A program made the position numbers and the translations under genes. A stretch of 63,791 bases of DNA, filler included, from Octopus bimaculoides (taxonomy: Eukaryota): assembly GCF_001194135.2 (NCBI RefSeq). It is 6 parts of 5 records of this genome, joined end to end, with 100 filler letters (N's around TTAATTAATTAA, not from the genome) between each part and the next. Parts side by side here need not be neighbours in the genome. Positions count along the whole stretch, not along the records: positions 49,761 to 60,119 come from NC_068981.1; positions 60,220 to 63,791 come from NC_068999.1; 4 more parts are not named here. One strand, written 5' to 3'. This document shows positions 49,792-62,209 of the stretch, piece by piece. The notes below the pieces were generated by a model that searched no databases, had not been told where the DNA came from, and was given only the letters and a program-made list of their open reading frames with translations. The stretch's first letter is position 1. Every line of letters starts with the position of its first letter.

Positions 49792-52683
49792 CGGCCAGCA
49801 GTTAGATTAAAAGGAAATGAAATTCTCATCCTTGAGCTTGAAAAGCTTGTTCAATTCTCATCAAATGCATTTAAATAGAAACAATTTCAAAAATGTTCTA
49901 GTAAATGTTTTGAAGAAACTTTTCTTTGTATTTTGTCCATTCCATCTTAGATAATAGATGCTGTATATATGATTTTTCTGTGCTGTACATCCTAGGACAG
50001 ACTCCTATTAGCAAACCTATTTATCTTATTGTAGCAGAAACCAACACAAATTCATATGTGAAGAGCAGGTGTTTTGAAAACCAGCTGTATTGATTTGTGA
50101 GGTTAATCAGTTATCTTTCATTTCTTATGCAATTCATTTCATTTACTTGAATTTGATGAGAATAATTTCAATAGTAGCATTTTTGGTAAATGTTATATTT
50201 ATCATGTCTTTTAATTTTGATTAAACTTCTCACTGTATTTTGTGTGTTTATAACTTTTTAATTCCCACCAATTACTAATGTTGTAGGAGAAATTTTTTAA
50301 CTGTTACATACAAGTTAAAAATTAGATACATTTTTTTCCTAGTATCTAGAATGTTAAATTCTAGGTGGACTTACTATGTTCTTTTCACGTAAGATTACTC
50401 ATCGGTAAGAAGTCTTTCTTTTATAGCAGTGGATTTTCTTGTAATGACTTGTTATGATGGTCATCATTTTTATACTTGAACACTTTTGCAGCTAAATTCC
50501 ATATATAGATGGATTAATGAAAATTAACTGCTAATGACAGAGATAAATTTTAGATGGAACCTCTTTTTTTAAATCAGACTCAGTCATATTTTCTTTCTTC
50601 TATGAAAGTGTTTTGCAATTTAAATTAAGAGTAGGGCTTAATCTTGTCATTTATTTTCTAATAATTTTTGCCAAGTTATTGCCATCAGATATTCAGTGAT
50701 TTGATTAGAATGTAGTGATTTCTGTTTCTAAAGCCTAGATTTGCTTGTTTTACTTTGACTTCTATTTGACATCTCAGATTACTATTTCACAAGTGTGGAA
50801 AATCTTCCAATTTTAAGCATTATAAATTAAACAAACCAAAAATAATACCACTGGAATTGCCCTCAAGATTAGAGAAATTAAAAGAAAAGGTAATTTAACT
50901 AAGAACTCTTACCCAAACTTTTCTACAATTTTTCTGTGTTTCGCTCTTGAAATATGAAAACCTTGAAAATGTTTGAATTTGTTCCACACAAGAAAATCTT
51001 TCTGACCATTTGGTTATGAATTAAAAGTTCAGACTATTGCTGCTATTGCATTATGAAAGCATAAACTATAAATTTGAAAAGATCATTCTACATTTTTTTA
51101 TGAAAACAATTTTAGGACAATATCAGCCAAGCTCTTTCTCCAAAGTAATCTATCTACTGATATGTTGTAAACCTCATTCACATGAATTTCTCTTTTCTAC
51201 TTGCTGTTAAGTAGTTTCATTTCAGTAGGTTATGTATTTCTACTTAGATATGACATGCACAATTTAAAATGTATAACTGCAGATTTAGTCTTTCGTTTTT
51301 CCAGTTTTTGAAAATGAGTTGTGCTTTGCTTAATGCTTTCTGTACTGTGTAGAAAATGATATGTAATAGGTATATCAAATTAATTTGAGTTTGAATACCA
51401 GCATTTTCAGCTAACCACAGATATAAAGAAATTTCATGAAAGTGGAAAAAAAAAAAAAGTAGGGGGAATCTCTGTCAGCTTATTATTATTAGCTTTTTGA
51501 TATTAACTCAGATGATAGACAGTAATTAGATATTTGACGGAAATTACAGGTTCAGTAGCCTAAGATTGATAAAGAACAAACCTAATCACACTCCTAACTA
51601 ACAATATTATACTTGGTGATAATATTCCAGTAGCCATCATATCAGCCACTACATATGAATTGCTTCTAAAGGAAATGACACACTAAAAAGAGTAAACAGT
51701 ATTTTTAAACTATTAGGTCAACTAATAAAAATTGTAAGTGGTTTTAGAATTGAAGGAATGATCTTTCGAATGTATGACAACATTCTGAATAGGGTCTTTT
51801 GAAATTTGATAGCAAAAAAAACTAATGGCAAAAGGTCTATTCTTCTTTTATCAATCCAGCAACTGTTTTTATAAATTCTCATGGCCTATATACTATGAAA
51901 AATTAGTAGTAAGTTACATATATGTCTTACAAGCATTTATGTTTGTGTATGTTGAATGCCTAATTTAGCCTTAAATCTTGGTTCAAAATCTTTTCCCTTT
52001 GCTCCTTATATAAGTCATATCCCAGTTTTTTTCATTTGTAGCAGGTATTGTTGTAGTTAGAAGAGTAATGGAAGTGTGTGTACAAATAATATATATATGC
52101 ATGTAGTATACATTTATACAATAAGATATTATAGATGCATTTCAGCTGAGTTTACCACAGAAAAGGCCCAATCCCAGTGCTCATTAGAAAGGCTGGTAGG
52201 AAAAGTATGGTGATGGATTTCTGCCATTGGTGGCCAAGAAGTTTGTGAATGATATATATATAAATAAAACAAATTTTCGCACAGTTTTTATCTTCCAAAT
52301 TCCATTTGGTCAACCTGGTTAAAGACACTTAACTAAGGTGTCACACAGTGGGAAGGAACCCAGCAGTAAATGATTTTAAATCAAAGTTCTTAACCGTGTG
52401 ACTATGTTTGCACTAAATCGACATTAGATTTATTTTTCTGAAGCTTTAATTAACATTTTGCAATTTATTCTATATGAGTTACAGAATTGTAAAGTGCCAG
52501 ACTAAATACCTTGCAGTACTTTGTGAAGTCCCTTGACACTCTGAGATTGAATTTCACCATAGTTGACTTTACCTTAAATCTTTCTAGAGTCAATAAACTA
52601 GCAATCAATGAAGATGCCAAGTTAAATCATTTGATAGTAGCAACCTGCCATGTCGAAAAATTTCAAGTTTTTATTCTGCATTT

Positions 52684-52929
52684 TCAATTAAATGATCTGA
52701 AATTAAAATTATTTAAAAATTTAGTATCATTCAAAATCAGCTCATCCATGATCATCCCTTCTTTTTTTACAAGCAGTCTACATATTGGACCATATTGTTT
52801 AATGTGTCCTTTCTTTTGTAAGAGGGTAAGATGTGATTTGAGGTTCTGGCTGCCATTTATAGTAGGGCAAGTGATTGCATCAAGGATCTGTTGTTGGTTC
52901 ATATTTTTTAGCATTTCAAATGAGTTTTC
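52684..52929 (-). CDS. Unassigned candidate coding segment
   Basis: About 80 open codons (ENSFEMLKNMNQQQILDAITCPTING...MIMDELILNDTKF) in AT-rich DNA after ttatttgtAG; no family recognised, no clear donor. Confidence 0.2.
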   Translation of the reverse strand, partial: ENSFEMLKNMNQQQILDAITCPTINGSQNLKSHLTLLQKKGHIKQYGPICRLLVKKEGMIMDELILNDTKFLNNFNFRSFN

Positions 52930-54145
52930 TCTACAAATAATTTATCTTTTTGTAATAAGATATTTTTGCACACCAAAGTGTCACTAACATTTACTGCAAT
53001 TTGGAGATTAATATGTGCTACTTTGATTGTAAAGTATTAGTATATTTCTAAGATGTGTTTTATTTCCTGAAATTGAATGAACATTATTAACCAGTTTCAA
53101 TATTGAAAGTAGTGTATGCCCAAGCTGAGAAGTCACATGTTTATTATTATTTTTTTTATTATTTATAGACTACTCTTGTCAAAACAAGTTGCTCAAATTT
53201 GATTTTTATTAAAAATTGATTTTACTTGTGTATGTAATACATACTCATTACTCAGATATTTTTTTATTTACCCTAGATATTGTTTGATTGCTTTTACCTA
53301 CTATCCATTGAAATTGTGCACAATTTGCATATTACTTCTTAAATATGCAGTTGTTTATGACACTAAAACTTGTCTTGCTTGTTTAATATGATACTGTGTG
53401 TTCGATGTTTTTTTTATGGAACTCCAGTTTTTATAGATATGTGCTTATTAAAACAAAACAGCTTAAAGAAAGTTATCTCTATCTAACTTCTACTACTATT
53501 GCAATTTTGATAAAGGAATATGCCAATAAAAATTTGGGAAAAAATAAAATTAAATAATTTAGTAATGATTGTTGTGTTTTAGAAATTAAAAAAATACTAC
53601 AAGTCATAACTCAATTTGGTTGTGTTCTCAATATCAAATTATTAAATGTATACACAATTTAAGTTGTATGCATGTAATAAGAATAAATTAGAAGAAATAC
53701 ATCTTGAGTCAAATTTCCCTGTTTCAATATGTGATTTTTATGATCATATTGAACTTATTACTAATATATAATGTTCCCTCACATAACCCAGTCAGCCTGC
53801 TTTAAGCAGGCTTATTATTAAAAAAAAAAAAAACCATTCCTGTTATGAACATTCCCTTCTTCTTTTCAAACATAGGCCTTTCAGCAATATTGTTGTCTTC
53901 GTTTTTCAATTTAAGTTTCTGTTAGATATTTTTTTCTGTTATATTTTGTTAGGTAACTTGTGTAGCTAAATATACCTTGTATGACTAAGGTTTGAATATA
54001 TTTGTTTCACTAAATATTTTGGGGAAATGTGCAATTTTTCTATTGAACTTTCAAAACAGTTTTGGTTGTCTCTATGGCAGAGATCAATTTGACATTACTT
54101 TGTTTTCCTCTGTCTATTGAAATTTCATTGAAGGCATTCCCATTA

Positions 54146-54335
54146 GGCACAAGTGTGGCTGTGTAGACACAAGTGCAGCTGTGTGGTAAGAAAATTGCTT
54201 CTCAACTGCATAGTCTGGTTCAGTCCTACTACTTGGCGCCTAGGGCAAATGTTTTCTGCTATAGCCCCAGGCTGGCCAAAGCTTAATGAATGGATTTAGA
54301 AGGCAAAATCTGAAAGAAACCCATCTTGTTTGTGT
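54146..54335 (+). mobile_element. SINE A 5' half, CpG-decayed
   Basis: Recognisable head (duplicated) and core with most CpGs lost. Confidence 0.75.
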
Positions 54336-56599
54336 GTGTATGTAAGTATGATTTTTCTTTGAGTTTAAGTTCTTCTTGAGAGAGTTCAAGCTGGTTGCCA
54401 ACAAAGCAACAAGACTTTTTGAATTAAGAGAGTTCTCAGTGTTTGTAAATATGTGGTTGAGTTTCTGTGTTGGTTGAACTGTGAATGCATACACCCAAGT
54501 GTGTACATCTATTCACATAAGAATCTCACATGAAAAACTTTTGAAATGTCTTACAAATCTTCACTGTTCTTACAAATGTCTTGAAATGTCTTAGAAATCT
54601 TCACAGATTGGATTTGGAGAATCCACATCACTTTCTTTTGAATTTTTTCATGAAGCTGAGTATTTCTAGGTTTTTGTACAAATTTGTTGGTACATAACCT
54701 AATGCACCTATGATGATTGGTACAAATGTGAATTCAGTCATATGTATGTATGTGTTAGTTAATTAATTAATTAATTACTATCTCTTTGCCTTAACTTTAT
54801 GGATAGCTATAAGCAAGTGCTTTAAGCAGGCTTATTATTAAAAAAAACATTCCAGTTATGAACATTCCCATCTTTTTTTCAAACATAGGCCTCCAATCTT
54901 CTGTGAAAAACATGTCTGGTCATGGAGAAATATTACCTTATTTGAAAACGAGTGAGGGTTGGTGACAGGAAGGGTATGCAGTCATAAAAAGTTTACCTCA
55001 AGAAATTCCAGCTGACTCTTGCTGACATAGAAAAGTAGACGTTAAAATGATGATGTATGTAGAGAATCACCCATCTATTAGTTGATGTCAGTTCAAGATT
55101 TTCCTTACTTCTCTTAAGATCTTTTCTTTTTTTCTTTTTCCTATAATCTTGATTACCAAGAGGATTCTTAAATATGATTCATGTGGAACTGTGCCCATGA
55201 TAGTTGAGCTTTTTTAATTTAGAATTTAACTTCATTTTCTGCTTTACATTTTCATATTGCCAACATATTTGTGGGTAAACATAAACAAGTTACCAACTTC
55301 TTTGTTAGTAATTTATCCCTTTTTTTTATTATTTTGTCTTGCTACCGATACTACCACATTTCAGTTGTTTACATTTTCTTGACAATATTTTGGCAAGGCT
55401 TATATTTCTTCATTCATTCATTACAACCATTACAACATACATATAATACAATGCATTGCACTGAAATTGGAGTGTAACAAATGCATTTCTTACTGTGAAT
55501 AGCTAACTTTTTATTTCTTTTCTTTTTTCTTGAATGTTCATTCAAGCACTATTTTTCTGCTTTTTTAGTATTGACCCAAATACTTGAATTTCCTTTTTCA
55601 CTTGCCTCGACTTCAGTCCATTTGACTTGTTTTTATGACCACTCTGTGCTGTTCCCATTTGTGTGCCAATTGTTTTGCTGTCTTTTCTCTTTGCCTTTAT
55701 TAACTATTGTAATATTACGATTGTTAGCTTTTCAATGGTATTTCTGCTTTATGGGAAGTTTACTCCATTTTCACTCTTTATATTGAAGCAACATGGAGAG
55801 AACTCACCTTCTTGTCTTTTTGCCTGGATAAATAGAATACTTCAAAATATTTGTTTGGTTTACCTGAAATAGTTCCATTAATATAATTTTTATAATGGCT
55901 TTTCTTTTGTATGAACAGTTCATTGGATACATAAATGTTTTGGTATAACAAACGAGTTTATGTAAGTTGTCATTAAAAGAGTTACATTAATGTCATATCA
56001 GGTTTGTAAATTTATTTATTGAAATTTTAATTTTTCTATACTTTTTATTGAAAGTCTACATTATAAAAGTGGCAACTCCTAAAATTGAAATAAAATGATT
56101 GTTATAGTTGAATGTATGTACATATGGAGTATCTATCTGGTGAGAAGAGTGCCTCCCAAAGAGAATAGAAAATCCAGATTAGACATGAACAGTTAAAAAG
56201 CTGAAAGGTGTTTGGGTAAAGTATAATTGTGAAATTGTGTTAAATGACACATATTTCAATAGAGCAGTTTTGTGTTGCAGCTGGACAGAACTGTGAGATA
56301 AGGGACAAGCTTGGCAAGAGTGGAAGTGGTGGAAGAGCAAAAAATAAAAGTTTGAGATTTAGTGAAAATTAGAAAATTCTGCACAAGGAAGATGAGAGAT
56401 GTGAAGGATTCTGAATGGCAAAATAGTGAGATGCAAAGTATTCTGAAGGCAAGACAGAAAATTGAATCTACAATGATTCTTATTTCCAATAACAATGAAA
56501 AGAAAAAGGCATACACGTATCATATAAAGAGCTTGTTGAACAAGTAATATAAATGTAATAGTAATATAAATGACTGCTCTAATGAATGTACAACATTAG

Positions 56600-56890
56600 C
56601 GTGAATGTATGACAAAGTGCAAATGTGCTGAGAGAAAAGTCAGGTATAAGAGGAATCTGATGCAGCATACAAGAGAGAAGACTACATTGGTTTTGACATG
56701 TGATGCATATAAATGAAAGCAGCTGTATAAAGACATGCCAGCCATTTAAAGCTGATAATACCTGTGGAAAAGGGAGACAAAACATGGGATGAAGTAGTGT
56801 GGACTGATCTCAAGACATTGGGCCTCACAAAAGAGAGGACAATGGACTGAGATGTCTGGTGATATGAGGTTCTTGAGAAGACCCACCCAC
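56600..56890 (+). mobile_element. Degraded RTE-clade LINE, ORF2 C-terminus
   Basis: QSANVLREKSGIRGI*CSIQERRLHWF*HVMHINESSCIK and TWDEVVWTDLKTLGLT...VLEKTH, typical RTE C-terminal motifs. Confidence 0.8.
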
Positions 56891-57399
56891 CTCAGTGAAA
56901 CTGAGTTCTAGAAGCACTGTGGGTTCTACCGACATGTAACATTACCTTACCCTAATAAACCAAACTACTTCTCCCCTTCCTCACATCTCTTCTTCATGCA
57001 CTATATTTATCTCGCCCTCCCTGGAGCCCACTTTTGAAGCTCAGCTCTGTCCTCATGTCCCTGCCAACTAAATTGTTGTCCCCCTCCAAACATCTGGGTT
57101 TCACCAGTCACTGCATTCTTCCCCTTCCCCACTTTTGCATTCACATGAACTCTCTATTCATGTACCCTAGGCAATCCTCTGCCATTCCTTTTATATTCAC
57201 ATCCTTGTACCTTGGGAGTATACCCTGGCTCATCATCCCCTTCTCTTTCTCTCTTTATCACTTGGGTAACTATGTATCTCTTTTGCAGCAAGACACCTAT
57301 TTCTGTCACTCTGCCATACGGTAACCTCTCATCACCTGGAACAAAACCAACTCTATCAGTACCACTTTCCCTCTCAGTTGAGTGATCTTTGTCTTGCAA

Positions 57400-57795
57400 A
57401 TAATTTGGTGACCTCACTGGTGCCAGTGCCATGTAAGAAGCATCCAGTCCACTCTATAAAGTGGTTGGCATTGGGAAGGACATCTAGCCATAAAAGCCAT
57501 GCCAAAGCAGACCTTGCCAGTGCTGGTGACATGTAAAAAGCACCCAGTTCACTCTGTAAAATGGTTGGTGTTAGGAAGAGCATTCAACCATAAAAACCAT
57601 ACCAAATCAGAACATACTTGTACCATGTAAAAAAGTACCCAGTCCACACTATGAGGTGGTTGGTGTCAGGCAGAGCATCCAGCCATAAAAACCATACCAG
57701 AAGAGACAGTAGGGCTTGGTGCAGTCTTTTGACTTGCTCCTGTCAAACCATCCAACCCATACCAGCATGGAAAATGGATATTAAATTATGATGAT
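57400..57795 (+). mobile_element. RTE 3' UTR with internal triplication
   Basis: Three diverged copies of cagtccactct..aagtggttgg..tt.ggaag..catc.agccataaaa.ccat.ccaaa, then catccaacccataccagcatggaaaatgga...atgatgat tail. Confidence 0.65.
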
Positions 57796-58810
57796 TGTGA
57801 AACGGCTCTCTCCTCATGAATCAACAAAGGAATCAACTACAGAAATATGTTCAAGTATGCTAAGAAAGATAATAGGTCAAGTAAAAATGAAAATGTTTTA
57901 GAGATTGTAACTGAGGGTCTGAAATTATCAGGTTGAGTTAGTATTATTCTAGTTAATAGCTTAGTTTATCAGTTTGTGCAGAAAGATAAAGACAAACCTT
58001 AAAAAAATCTAGTTGATTAATCAAGTTATGAAAGTAGTAAGAATTAAAATTAGTTAACTCAACTGGATGGGATGCAGTTATATATGTGTTAGGTTAGGAA
58101 CTACTGACAATGTATTTTTGGTGAGACATTTGCAGGAGAGAGAATTTTATTCAATAACAAACAGCTCTTCTTTCCATTTTTTCATTTGGGTGAATAGGTT
58201 ATAGAAACACTTTGGACACCTATGAAGGTGCTATAAGCATTTAAGATTGGTACTGATTTCAGTTAGGAAATTTTCATATTGGTGAGTGTACTCAGTTTCT
58301 GTCTTTTGCTTGCTTCTCTTCATATGTAGTTTTCAAGACAATAATCAAGTGTTCGAACTGGCTGCCTTTATGAACTTCCAAATGTTAAAAACTTGGTCTG
58401 CTTTGATTGGCAATTTCTATTGGTTGCATTAAAAAAAGGTTCAAAGCTTGAGCTTGAATGGTAAATTCTGTGGATTTTGTGAAAAGGTTCAAAACAGGGA
58501 AAAGTCATATCTTCAAAAAACTAAAGATAAATATAACAGAAAGCAATTACCTCAGAAAAGCCAGTATCATTAGAATAAGAATCTTGATAAAAAATAGAAG
58601 TAGAAAGGAAGTTAAAACTATACACTTAGATGTCTTGGAGTATTTGGAAGTAGGAGGAGCCAAGAAATGGAGATAAGCTATTTTAAATGATTTGGTAAAA
58701 AGTTGCAGTTCACTAATAAGTTGGCAGTAGTGTTGGATGTGGATTTAGTGTATATAGAATAAATAACTGTAGAATAGGAGATTAGAAGTTCAAGGAGTTA
58801 TTTTTTCCAA

Positions 58811-59196
58811 TCTTTTACTTGTTCTAATCATCAGACTGCCCATGCTGGGGCACTACTTTGAAGAACATTTAGTCAATCAAATTGACCCCAGTACTTATAT
58901 ATTTTTGAAGCCTAGTACTTATTTTTATCAGATTTTATCGGTCTCTTTTACCAAACTGCTGAGTTATGGGGATATAAACACACCAACACTGGTTGTCAAG
59001 GGGTGGTGGGGTCAGACATAAACACACACTCACACACATACATATGATGAGCTTCCTTCAGTTTTTGTCTCCCAAATCTACTCACAAGGCTTTGGCTGAC
59101 CTGAAGAAGACACTTGTTGAAAGTGCCACACAGTGGAACTGAACTCAGAACCATGTGGTTGACAAGCAAGCTTCTTACCACACAGCTACACTTGCA
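58811..59196 (-). mobile_element. SINE family A, full length, CpG-decayed
   Basis: Collinear with the consensus; CpG sites read TpG/CpA. Confidence 0.8.
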
Positions 59197-59816
59197 ATGT
59201 TGATAGAAGTCTGATTTTTTGAAGATGATTGACTGTATGATGTATGTGTAAATGATGCTGCGTAAAAATAAAACTAGGCTGATGAACTCTGGAGACTTGA
59301 GATGAATATAGCTTATTTGATGTGTAATGTCAATTTTATGAGAAAGACAGAGTTCAAGTTAGTTAAAAAAAAGTTGCTTGACACTCTAGGCATTGACTAA
59401 TGTAAATAGGAGAAGCAATGGTGTTGATATGGATAAACAATATTCCCCATTTTTTTAATGCAGAATTAGTGTATAAACTTGTCATAGATGTCAATAATTA
59501 CACTTGAAATTTATATCTCTCTTACATTCTGATGATTGTATATTCGTATTTTTTGATTTCAGTACAATGCAGTCTCAAATATTGTACTGAGACATACCTG
59601 CTATGTGTGTGTGTGTGTGTGTGTGTGCATGCGCACATATATGTATAATTCACACATGCACAAATAGACTTTTGTTGAGCTAGGTTGGTATGCCTTAGTA
59701 CAATAAATGCTGAAGATGCATTGATCTGAAAGAATAACAAAGAAAGACAGCATACCAAAAAACTGAGTAACAATGGAGTGAATCACCAGCATGGAATATG
59801 TATGTATATATATGTA

Positions 59817-60119
59817 TCATCATCATCATCATCATCGTTTAACGTCTGCTTTCCATGCTAGCATGGGTTGGACGATTTGACTGAGGACTGGTGCAACCGG
59901 ATGGCTACACCAGGCTCCAATCTAATTTGGCAGAGTTTCTACAGCTGGATGCCCTTCCTAACGCCAACCACTCAGAGAGTGTAGTGGGTGCTTTTACGTG
60001 TCACCCGCACGAAAACGGCCACGCTCGAAATGGTGTCTTTTATGTGCCACCCGCACAAGAGCCAGTCCAGGGGCACTGGCAACGATCTCACTTGGCTTGC
60101 CGGGTCTTCTCACGCACAG
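59817..60119 (-). mobile_element. RTE-clade LINE 3' end with (GAT)n tail
   Basis: Minus strand starts with VREKTRQAK-stop (matches the ORF end at 56.9 kb), then a 3' UTR shared with other copies in the window, ending in (GAT)n. Confidence 0.75.
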
Positions 60120-60219
60120 NNNNNNNNNNNNNNNNNNNNNNNNNNNNNNNNNNNNNNNNNNNNTTAATTAATTAANNNNNNNNNNNNNNNNNNNNNNNNN
60201 NNNNNNNNNNNNNNNNNNN
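60120..60219. other. Artificial assembly spacer
   Basis: 44N + TTAATTAATTAA (60164-60175) + 44N. Confidence 0.95.
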
Positions 60220-61780
60220 TGTGTGTGTGTGTGTGTGTGTATACACACATATTGTTATGTTTCGGGACGGTCATTTTTTTCTTGCCAAATAAATACACAC
60301 ACTATATATTCGTTCTCCACTCGTTTATTATTGTTCTTATTTTATCTTATGTCCATTGTCTGGAAATCTTTCGTCACACACCTGTCACCTCTCCATCGAC
60401 TCTTCCATCTCACGAGTCTCCTCCTGTTCTGTTTTGTCCATTTTGTCTTTCTATGCTGTGTATCCTTATCTGCGCATGCGTTTGCGTCTGTATCTGTGTG
60501 TGTGTGGGTGTGTGTGCGTGCGTGTCTATGTGTTTTGAATGTGTGCTTTGTGCGTGTGTGTACGGCTGTGCTTACTATATTGTTTGTATCAGTACACTTC
60601 ATATAGTAATTTTATTTTCATTTATTTACTTATTTGTCTCTAGTTTTTTATTTATTTTTATTTCATCTTTAGTATGTGTATGCGTGTCTTTTGTGCGTGC
60701 GTATATGGATTTATGTATTATACTTTTTGAATCAATCTCTTTTTTTTTTTCTTCCATTCTGTCTTTAGTCGTCGTGTTGCGTAGTGCAGTGGTGAGGGAG
60801 GATTTTATCGTTCCATTTGCATTTTCTGTTGAGGCTCTGTCTTTCTATTACTATATATGTAGCCTCTGTGTCGTGTCTGTTCTATGTGTTGATAATATCT
60901 TAACCTTTATATTATTAACCGAGCCTCTGTGTTCTAACTCAGCAAGTTGATAGAGCACTGCCGAGCTTTTCTCCGTGAGGATGTTTACCTGTTACAATGC
61001 CTTAGCCTCGCAATTGCTCATGGTAATGCCTGTGAGCGTATTGGCTTACTTCAATAGGTTCCGTTGAAACTTGTCGTGTGCGACTATTTGAGGCACTTGG
61101 TGTTGAATTGATGTTCTTTTCTTTCTTTTTCTTTCTTCCTAGTTTTCCTCTTTTTCTCTCTTTCTTCCTCTTTTTGCTCTTTTTTTTCTTTCCTCGTTTA
61201 TGTTTGTATTTTCTTCGGTTTTGAATTTGTATTTTAAGGTGGTTTTGTATTATATATGTATCATATACATGTATTATACAAGTAATAAAATAAAATACAA
61301 GCATTATGTTTTCATCGGATTCTTCCCCGGCTATATCTAATGTGATCAGTTAATAAGGATTCAGCTATTTATTATTCATTTTACCTAAAACTTGATATTA
61401 ACCAGACACCCGACGTGTTTGAGACATTTAGAAGTTTAACTCAGACGCACGAGTCTTAGCCGCAGTAAATTATGTTAGAATTCCTTTCCTCAATGTGAAT
61501 TCCTCACTCAATGACCCAAGTAAAGCACCCATACTCTTCAAAGTTTCAGAAATGTATGACGTGTTTATATCGGCAATCCGATGTTGAATGATTTTTATCA
61601 ATGAACATGTAGTAACTGCCAAAACTTCCGATGTACCAAAAAACTACATTCAGTTCTAATTTGTATCTTGACTTTAACAATACCTAATACCTTTAAACAA
61701 ACGTACTATGTTGCTGATTTAAATAGAAGAGCCATATCTCACAGCATTGTTGTTTCAGCAAGTTAAATATTTTCTTGTGG

Positions 61781-62175
61781 TTATTGTTGTTGTTGTTGGC
61801 ACTCCGTCGCTTACGACGTCGAGGGTTCCAGTTGATCCGATCAAAGGAACAGCCTGCTCGTGAAATTAACGTGCAAGTGGCTGAGCACTCCACAGACACG
61901 TGTACCCTTAACGTAGTTCTCGGGGATATTCAGCGTGACACAGTGTGACAAGGCTGGCCCTTTGAATTACAGGCACAACAGAAACAGGAAGTAAGAGCGA
62001 GAGAAAGTTGTGGTGAAAGAGTACAGCAGGGTTCGCCATCATCCCCTGCCGGAACCTCGTGGAGCTTTAGGTGTTTTCGCTCAATAAACACTCACAACGC
62101 CCGGTCTGGGAATCGAAACTGCGATCCTATGACCGCGAGTCCACTGCCCTAACCACTGGGCCATTGCGCCTCCAC
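61781..62175 (-). mobile_element. SINE family C, near full length, (AAC)n tail
   Basis: tRNA-like head GGCGCAATGGCCCAGTGGTTAGGGCAGTGGACTCGCGGTCATAGGATCGCAGTTTCGATTCCCAGACC; body also seen degenerate at about 23815-24010. Confidence 0.85.
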
Positions 62176-62209
62176 TTTCTTGTGGTGTACAACGTCAATA
62201 TAATGTACG

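Noticed and set aside
50365-50388. 24-nt plus-strand microexon candidate (ttctAG|GTGGAC...TCAC|GTAAGA)
   Set aside because: Isolated, with no compatible partner exons; such matches are expected by chance in AT-rich DNA.
52511-52987. 158-aa plus-strand ORF
   Set aside because: TTG start, no donor, and much of it reads like the antisense shadow of the minus-strand frame.
57034-57432. Possible LINE endonuclease remnant on the minus strand (...VNAKVG...)
   Set aside because: Similarity is too weak to call by eye; needs a profile search.
21778-60175. Recurrent palindrome TTAATTAATTAA
   Set aside because: Always flanked by exactly 44 N on each side: an assembly spacer, not biology.
62100-62175. 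tRNA-like sequences (also at about 39075-39135 and 45295-45350)
   Set aside because: They are SINE heads continuing into repeat bodies, with imperfect cloverleaf stems; not called as tRNA genes.
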